A DNA stretch of 32,000 nt, taken from positions 180,001 to 212,000 of the forward strand of contig NC_002937.3 of the NCBI RefSeq assembly GCF_000195755.1, read 5' to 3'. This document shows, one piece after another, positions 26,374-32,000 of the stretch. The translations under genes were made by a program, and so were the position numbers. Numbering within the stretch: position 1 is the stretch's first letter; the number at the start of each line of letters is the position of its first letter. Under the pieces are notes generated by a model that made no database searches, was not told the origin of the DNA, and worked only from the letters and a program-made list of their open reading frames with translations. The stretch comes from Nitratidesulfovibrio vulgaris str. Hildenborough. Lineage in GTDB: Bacteria > Desulfobacterota > Desulfovibrionia > Desulfovibrionales > Desulfovibrionaceae.

Positions 26374-27360
26374 CTAGTCCAGCAGGTGGCACGCCACAAG
26401 TCCGCCGTTGCGCTTGGGCAGGAGGCGCGGCCGCGAGGTGCGGCACACGTCCTGACACAGCTCGCAACGGTTGTGGAAGGGACAGATGCCGTGCGCGATC
26501 TCGGAGAGGCTGGGCATGGCACCCGGAATCTGGTTCAGGCGATGCCGCTTGCCCACGCAGCCCCCGCCACAGCTGTTGCCCTGCGGCAGGGCGGCGAGCA
26601 GCCCCTTGGTGTAGGGGTGCTGCGGGTCGGCCACGATGCGCGCGGTCTCGCCCATCTCCACGATGCGGCCCGCGTACATGACGGCTATCTTCTGCGTCAC
26701 CTGCGAGACCACGCCGAGGTCGTGCGTGATGAGGATGAGACCCATCTTCTCGGACTCGCACAGTTCAAGCAGCAGGTCCATGATCTCGGCCTGAATGGTC
26801 ACGTCGAGGGCCGTTGTCGGTTCGTCGGCGATGATGAGGCTCGGCGAGGTGAGCAGGGCTATGGCGATGACGATGCGCTGGCGCATGCCGCCGGAGAACT
26901 CGTGCGGGTACTGCTTGAGCCGCTTCTCGGGCGAGGGGATGTAGACCTTGCGCAGCTTGTCGAGGGCGATCTCTTCCGCCTCGCGGCGGCTCATCTTCTG
27001 GTGCGCGAGAATCGTCTCCACCATCTGCGAGCCGATGGTGAGCACCGGGTTCAGCGTCATCATGGGATCCTGGAAGATCATGCTGATGCGGTTGCCGCGG
27101 ATGTCACGCAGCGTTTCGGCATCGGTGGTGACGAGGTCGTTACCCTCGAACAGCACCGAGCCACCGGCGATGAAGCCGGGCTTGCTGATGAGGTTGATGA
27201 TGGAGAAGCCGGTGACGGACTTGCCCGCTCCCGACTCGCCCACAAGTCCGAGACGTTCGCCACGGCCCAGCGTGAACGAGACGTCGTTCACGGCGGTGAG
27301 CGCTTCGTCGCGGAGAGCGAACTTGACGGTGAGGTTCTGGACGTCGAGCAACGCTTCCAT
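26374..27360 (-). CDS. Oligopeptide/dipeptide ABC transporter ATP-binding protein (OppD/DppD-like)
   Basis: 328-aa ORF. Walker A GESGAGKS, signature FSGGMRQR, Walker [14 protein letters not shown]-terminal extension with [14 protein letters not shown]. Confidence 0.9.
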   Translation of the reverse strand: MEALLDVQNLTVKFALRDEALTAVNDVSFTLGRGERLGLVGESGAGKSVTGFSIINLISKPGFIAGGSVLFEGNDLVTTDAETLRDIRGNRISMIFQDPMMTLNPVLTIGSQMVETILAHQKMSRREAEEIALDKLRKVYIPSPEKRLKQYPHEFSGGMRQRIVIAIALLTSPSLIIADEPTTALDVTIQAEIMDLLLELCESEKMGLILITHDLGVVSQVTQKIAVMYAGRIVEMGETARIVADPQHPYTKGLLAALPQGNSCGGGCVGKRHRLNQIPGAMPSLSEIAHGICPFHNRCELCQDVCRTSRPRLLPKRNGGLVACHLLD

Positions 27361-27362
27361 GG

Positions 27363-28283
27363 CTAGTCCTTGTAAAGCTTGGGATTGAGGAAGTCGCGCA
27401 GCCAGTCACCGAGCAGGTTGATGGACAGCACCAGCAGAATGAGCATGATGCCCGGGAAGAGCGTTATCCACCAGCTTCCGCTGAAGAAGTACTGGAAGCC
27501 CGACTTGATGAGCGAACCGAGCGAAGGCTGCGTGACCGGCATCCCGAGACCCAGGAACGACAGGGCCGCCTCGCTCATGACCGCGTTGGCCACCTGCACC
27601 GTGGAGATGACAAGCACCGGGGTGAGCGTGTTGGGCAGGATGTGCCGCAGCATGATGCGCCGTGCCGGAAGGCCGATGACGCGCGCCGCCTCGACGTATT
27701 CCTTCTTCTTCTCGGCCAGCACCGAGGCGCGTACGGTACGCGCTATCTGGGGCCATTCCGAAAGGCCGATGACGAAGATGAGGAAGGGCACGGCCACCTC
27801 TTCGTAGCGGCCCACGCCCACGACCATCTGCAGGATGGCGCCGAAGAAGATGGCCACCATGTAGGACGAGAACGAAAGCTGCACGTCGGCCACGCGCATG
27901 AGGATGGAGTCGATGCGCTTGCTGCCGTAGCCGGACACGAGACCCACGAAGATGCCGATGACGGATTGCAGGGCCACGGCGCCAAGGCCGATGACCAGCG
28001 AAACGCGCATCCCGTAAAGCATGGCCGAGAGGATGTCGCGGCCCTGGTTGTCGGTGCCCAGCAGGAAGTCGGCGGTGCCTTCGGGCTTCCATGCGGGCGG
28101 AAGTTCCGCGTTCATGATGTCGAGGGTCGCACCGTCATAGGGCGAATGGGGGGCGATGAGCGGCGCGAGAATGGCCGACACGGCAAGGATGAACAGCAGC
28201 GCGAAGCTGCCCACGGCCACGGGGTCGCGCAGGAAGCTGTAGAGGAAGTACGACTTGCGGAAGCGTCTGATGAGGGCGACCAT
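27363..28283 (-). CDS. Oligopeptide/dipeptide ABC transporter permease (OppC/DppC-like)
   Basis: 306-aa ORF with multiple TM helices. EAA-type loop EYVEAARVIGLPARRIMLRHILPN. 2-nt gap to the next gene. Confidence 0.9.
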   Translation of the reverse strand: MVALIRRFRKSYFLYSFLRDPVAVGSFALLFILAVSAILAPLIAPHSPYDGATLDIMNAELPPAWKPEGTADFLLGTDNQGRDILSAMLYGMRVSLVIGLGAVALQSVIGIFVGLVSGYGSKRIDSILMRVADVQLSFSSYMVAIFFGAILQMVVGVGRYEEVAVPFLIFVIGLSEWPQIARTVRASVLAEKKKEYVEAARVIGLPARRIMLRHILPNTLTPVLVISTVQVANAVMSEAALSFLGLGMPVTQPSLGSLIKSGFQYFFSGSWWITLFPGIMLILLVLSINLLGDWLRDFLNPKLYKD

Positions 28284-28284
28284 G

Positions 28285-29262
28285 CTATTTCCTCCCCGCG
28301 ATGCGGACCATGGGGTTCACCAGACCGTAGACGATGTCGACCACGGTGTTCACCGTCACGAAGATGGCGCCGCAGAAGATGAGGTACGCCACAAGCAGCG
28401 AGGTGTCGGCGCGTTCCACGGCGTCGATGAACATGAAGCCCATGCCCTGCCACTGGAAGACCGTCTCGGTGAGGATGGTGAAGGCGATCATGGTGCCAAG
28501 CTGCACCCCGCCGACGGTGATGACCGGCAGCAGCGTGTTCTTGAAGGCGTGAACCATGATGACGCGCCATGTCTTAAGGCCCTTGGCGCGGGCGAATTTG
28601 ACGTACTCGGTCTCGAGCACTTCCTTCATCTCGGCGCGGATGAGGCGGATGAAGAGCGGCAGCATGATGGAGGAGAGCGAGATGCCGGGCAGGATGATGT
28701 GCTTGAAATTGGCCCACGTGGTGAGGTTCGTGTCCCATGAGCCGATGACGTGCTCAGGGTTGCCGCGCCCGAAAGAGGGCAGCCAGCCGAGGTTCACCGA
28801 GAAGATGTAGATGAGGAATATGGCGGTGAGGAAGACCGGCACCGACACACCGATGGTGCTTACGCCCATGAACAGACGTGAAAGCACGTCCTTGGGGCGG
28901 CACGCCGCATAGACGCCCACGGGTACGGAGATGAGGATGATGAGGCATGCCGCCACGAACACCAGTTCGAGGGTGGCAGGTGCCTTGTCGAGTATGACGT
29001 CGAGGGCGGGCTTGCGGTAGAAATACGAGATGCCGAGGTCGCCCTTGAGGGCGCCCGAGGCGAAGCGGGTCCACTGGACGGCGAACGGGTCGTTGAGGCC
29101 AAGCTCTTCGCGCAGGGCCTCGCGCTCCTTCACAGATACCGAAACGCCCATCATCTCACGCGTGGGGTCGCCGAACGAATACTTGATGGCGAACCCGAGC
29201 AGGCTGATGATGAACATGACAAGGAGCGCCTGGGCAACCCTGCGTATGATGAATGCAAACAT
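28285..29262 (-). CDS. Oligopeptide/dipeptide ABC transporter permease (OppB/DppB-like)
   Basis: Track ORF trimmed to the ATG at 29262 (MFAFIIRRVAQALLVMFIISLLGFAI). EAA-type loop EYVKFARAKGLKTWRVIMVHAFKN. 1-nt gap to oppC. The upstream 50 aa in the track are Arg/Pro-rich and lie in intergenic hairpin DNA. Confidence 0.9.
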   Translation of the reverse strand: MFAFIIRRVAQALLVMFIISLLGFAIKYSFGDPTREMMGVSVSVKEREALREELGLNDPFAVQWTRFASGALKGDLGISYFYRKPALDVILDKAPATLELVFVAACLIILISVPVGVYAACRPKDVLSRLFMGVSTIGVSVPVFLTAIFLIYIFSVNLGWLPSFGRGNPEHVIGSWDTNLTTWANFKHIILPGISLSSIMLPLFIRLIRAEMKEVLETEYVKFARAKGLKTWRVIMVHAFKNTLLPVITVGGVQLGTMIAFTILTETVFQWQGMGFMFIDAVERADTSLLVAYLIFCGAIFVTVNTVVDIVYGLVNPMVRIAGRK

Positions 29263-29395
29263 GGGTGTTCTGCTCGTTGGAGGTTGCTGACGCGAGGCTC
29301 GTGATGACAGGCCCCGCGGGAGGGCTACACAATTATGTGAGTGCAGGCAAGTGCGTGAAACACCGTGCCCGGAGCCTTCCCGCGGGGCGCAACGC

Positions 29396-29423
29396 ATCGC
29401 GGGAGGCGTCAACCTCCCGCGAT
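29396..29423 (-). promoter_or_regulatory. Intercistronic stem-loop just downstream of the binding-protein gene
   Basis: atcgcgggagg cgtcaa cctcccgcgat, an 11-bp stem, starting 9 nt after the stop at 29432. The T-run lies on the plus-strand side only, so on the coding (minus) strand it is a hairpin without a U-tail. Confidence 0.5.
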
Positions 29424-29431
29424 TTTTGTCG

Positions 29432-30994
29432 TTACTGCATCATCAGATCGCCGAAGTAGGGGAAGTCCTGTGCGTTGACGACCTGCTTGGCGTTCTTGAC
29501 GGTCTTGCGAGCTGCCCACGACAGCGGTTCCCAGTGCAGGGGCACGAAGGCGGCGTCGTTGTAAGCCATCTGCTCCGACTCCTTCAGGAGCGCGTCACGC
29601 TTGGCCGGGTCGGTCTCGCGGTTGGCGGCGTCGATGAGGGCGTCGAACTTGGGGTTGGCGTAGTTGCCGCTGTTGTACTGGCCCATGCCCGTGTCCTTGT
29701 TGGGGGTCATGAGCAGGTACTCGGAGTAGTTGGCGGTGTCCTCGGTGTCAGGATGCCAGCCGATCATCTGGATGTCGGCAACCTGGGCGTCGAACTGGTC
29801 CCAGTACTGCGCCTTGGGCATGGTCTTGAGGTTCACCTTGATGTTGATGCGAGCCATCATCGAAACGAAGGCCTGCGCGATCTTCTCGTCGTTCACGTAG
29901 CGGTTGTTGGGGGCGATCATCGACACTTCGAAGCCCTTCTCGAAGCCGGCGTCCTTCATGAGCTTCTTGGCGTTGTCGAGATTGTAGCGGGGCTTGAGGT
30001 CGGCGATGTAGCCAGCGAAGCCCTTGGGGGCCTGCTGCTGCGTGGTGGTGGTGTAGCCCTTCATGACCTTGGCCACGATACCGGCGGTATCGGTGGCGGC
30101 GATGATGGCTTCACGCACGCGCTTGTCCGCGAACTGGGGGAACTTCTTCTGGTTGAGCTGAATGGTGATGATGCGGGCGCTGGGCATGGTGATCAGTTCC
30201 ACATCGGCATTCTTGGAAAGCTGGTCGTAGTCCTGCACGGGCACGGGCGAGATGAAGTCGACGTCACCCTTCAGGATGGCGGCCACGCGGGTGGCTTCGT
30301 TCTTGATGGGGGTGAGTTCGATGGTGTCGACGTTGCCGCGCTTGCCCCAGTAGCCCTTGTTGGCCTTGAGGATGAGCTTCACGCCCTGTTCACGCTCGGC
30401 CACGCTGTAGGGACCGGTGCCGGAGGCGTTGTCGTTGGCGAACGAGTAGCCGCTCTTCACGATGGCGTCCTTGGGCTGACCCTTGGCGTCGGTGCCAGTG
30501 TAGAACTTGCTGTCCATCGGGAAGATGTAGGTGGCGAGGTTCATCACGAGGCCGTAGGGCTCGGTGGTGATGATGTCGATGGTGTTGTCGTCGATGACCT
30601 TGGGCTCGGCGAACTTGATGAACAGGCCCTTGAAGTCGGGGGACTTCTTCAGGCGGTCGAGCGTCCATGCCACGTCCTTCGCGGTGAAGGGGTTGCCGCT
30701 ATGGAACTTCACGCCCTTGCGCAGGTGGAAGCGCATGGTGGTGGGGTTGATCTGTTCCCACTTCTCGGCAAGGCGCGGCTCGAACTTCATGTCCGGGGTC
30801 CAGCGTACCAGCGGGTCGAAGACCCAGTGCGAGTATGCCAGGATGGGGCCGGAAAGCTGCATGTGGGGGTCGAGGGACTCGGGGTCGGACGCCATGGCGA
30901 TGCGGAAGGTCTTGCCTTCGGCAGCGTTGGCGATGCCGCCGAGGGCGAGCATGGCCGCAAGAGCCAGGGACAACAACGCGATGAGACGCTTCAT
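29432..30994 (-). CDS. ABC transporter periplasmic substrate-binding protein, family 5 (OppA/DppA/NikA-like)
   Basis: Track ORF trimmed to the ATG at 30994, with GGAGG 7 nt upstream. Signal peptide MKRLIALLSLALAAMLALGGIANA-AEG. 520 aa, with typical family-5 SBP length and motifs (DPH...; WEP...). Confidence 0.9.
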   Translation of the reverse strand: MKRLIALLSLALAAMLALGGIANAAEGKTFRIAMASDPESLDPHMQLSGPILAYSHWVFDPLVRWTPDMKFEPRLAEKWEQINPTTMRFHLRKGVKFHSGNPFTAKDVAWTLDRLKKSPDFKGLFIKFAEPKVIDDNTIDIITTEPYGLVMNLATYIFPMDSKFYTGTDAKGQPKDAIVKSGYSFANDNASGTGPYSVAEREQGVKLILKANKGYWGKRGNVDTIELTPIKNEATRVAAILKGDVDFISPVPVQDYDQLSKNADVELITMPSARIITIQLNQKKFPQFADKRVREAIIAATDTAGIVAKVMKGYTTTTQQQAPKGFAGYIADLKPRYNLDNAKKLMKDAGFEKGFEVSMIAPNNRYVNDEKIAQAFVSMMARINIKVNLKTMPKAQYWDQFDAQVADIQMIGWHPDTEDTANYSEYLLMTPNKDTGMGQYNSGNYANPKFDALIDAANRETDPAKRDALLKESEQMAYNDAAFVPLHWEPLSWAARKTVKNAKQVVNAQDFPYFGDLMMQ

Positions 30995-31065
30995 GCGGAA
31001 CCTCCAGAAAAGGTGTGTGCAACACGGCAACGCGCCGGGAATGCCCGCCCCGACGCATGGTTGCC

Positions 31066-31081
31066 ACGGTCACGTGACCGT
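31066..31081. promoter_or_regulatory. 16-bp perfect palindrome, candidate operator upstream of the ABC-transporter operon
   Basis: ACGGTCACGTGACCGT read directly. It lies 72-87 nt upstream of the ATG at 30994, in the 432-bp divergent intergenic region. Confidence 0.4.
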
Positions 31082-31426
31082 ATTCACAAGATAACACTCC
31101 TGTAAATCATCCGCCCCGCACCCCGTCAAGGGGGATGGCAGCCAAATATGCAGAATGCCGCTGACGGGCCGATGAGGGAAGGTCTTTTCCGAGTTGACGA
31201 CGTGTGCGCAGGGCAGTGTCGCGGTCGTATGTGTGAGAGATGCTTTCGAATGCTGACGAGTCGCATCGACTGTGGCCCTTGGCGCACCGGGAATCCGTGC
31301 CTGCATCGTGTCATCAATGGTGGCAGGCGGGTACATTGCATCCGCTGTTTTTCGCCAAACCTATAATTGTCGACGCCTCAGGTCGGGGTTGCTTGTACAA
31401 AGTCATCATCGCCCCGGGGAGGCATC

Positions 31427-32000
31427 ATGAAAGGATCCAGAGTCATCACAGCTGCCTTTGTCGTTCTGGTTCTGACCCTCATTGGCACGGTGCTGTTGCA
31501 TGTGCAGGTCGAACGCTACCACGCGCAACGCGAAACCGCGGCCGAAGGGTTGATGCAGGTCAGTGCCGAAGGCAGCCGTCTCGTCCAGTTCTATGGTTCT
31601 GGCAAGGATGCGGGTGAAGGTGCGGGCGTGGCGACGCTTGAGCGGAAGGTCTCCTCGCTGCGCGCTTCGCTGCGTGGGCTTCATGAAGGGCGCGAGAACC
31701 CCGATTTGGCCGCTTCTCTCGGTTCGTTGGCGGAACAGGTGCAGGGCCTCAAGGTCGCCATGGAATCCGCCGCCCGACCGGAAGAGATGCTTCGGCGTAC
31801 GGCCGACCTCTCACAGGCAGCGGCACGCGCCGAGAATCTCGTCGACAAGGCTATAGAAGGCCGCGTCGGATGGATGTCGCGGCTTGAAGGGGCCATGCTC
31901 TTCGTGACGTTCTTGGGCGTGGTACTGGCGGCGTTTCTCCTGCAATGGCGGGTCTTCAGGCCATTGTCCATGGTCGAGGCCTACGCGCGCGAACCCAACG
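31427..32000 (+). CDS. 5' part of a membrane sensor protein (TM, ~150-aa helical periplasmic domain, TM, start of HAMP); probably a methyl-accepting chemotaxis protein or sensor kinase. Truncated by the window end.
   Basis: Absent from the ORF track because it has no stop. I translated 31427 to 32000 by hand and found no in-frame stop (MKGSRVITAAFVVLVLTLIGTVLL...AMLFVTFLGVVLAAFLLQWRVFRPLSMVEAYAREPN). GGGGAGG lies 4 nt upstream of the ATG. Confidence 0.6.
   Translation, partial: MKGSRVITAAFVVLVLTLIGTVLLHVQVERYHAQRETAAEGLMQVSAEGSRLVQFYGSGKDAGEGAGVATLERKVSSLRASLRGLHEGRENPDLAASLGSLAEQVQGLKVAMESAARPEEMLRRTADLSQAAARAENLVDKAIEGRVGWMSRLEGAMLFVTFLGVVLAAFLLQWRVFRPLSMVEAYAREPN

Noticed and set aside
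29351-31105. 584-aa plus-strand ORF
   Set aside because: It is antisense to the family-5 substrate-binding protein gene. The translation is a Gly/Val/Asp/His-rich repeat-like sequence. This is a GC-frame artefact.
31136-31152. TGGCAGCCAAATATGCA upstream of the sensor gene, resembling a sigma-54 promoter
   Set aside because: The GG to GC spacing is 11 nt rather than 10, and the -24 element has G instead of C at the sixth position. Sigma-54 promoters do not tolerate spacing changes.

Overview
High-GC bacterial chromosomal window, about 60-65% G+C by eye, with one sharp AT-rich dip at 23.38-23.53 kb. Gene content and style look like a Desulfovibrio-type sulfate reducer; that is my recollection of synteny and cannot be verified here. 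I see no rRNA, CRISPR, transposase, integrase or phage genes. Layout: (1) 29-6916 is a divergent sigma-54 module. A membrane-anchored enhancer-binding protein (EBP) with an atypical GAFSEA loop and a non-Fis C-terminal winged helix faces an exact -24/-12 promoter. That promoter drives six tightly packed genes for uncharacterised envelope proteins: a small exported protein, an extended TSUP/TauE-like permease, a lipoprotein, two membrane proteins and a lone receiver. (2) A PEP-synthase-like phosphotransferase lacking the canonical C-terminal barrel, then tRNA-Leu(UAA). (3) A housekeeping string with overlapping stops and starts: nucleotide pyrophosphatase-family enzyme, UvrD-type helicase, ThiL, and a TrmO-like/class II aldolase fusion. 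(4) On the minus strand, acyl-CoA thioesterase and kpsF, followed by carB-purF. (5) A lower-GC two-gene cassette (dihaem cytochrome c plus CDF metal exporter) behind an AT-rich region carrying Fur-box-like repeats. (6) A five-gene Opp/Dpp-type ABC transporter. (7) The 5' part of a membrane sensor running off the window. The most interesting candidate for an undescribed system is the sigma-54 module at 29-6916. All calls come from reading the sequence and translations only; no searches were run.
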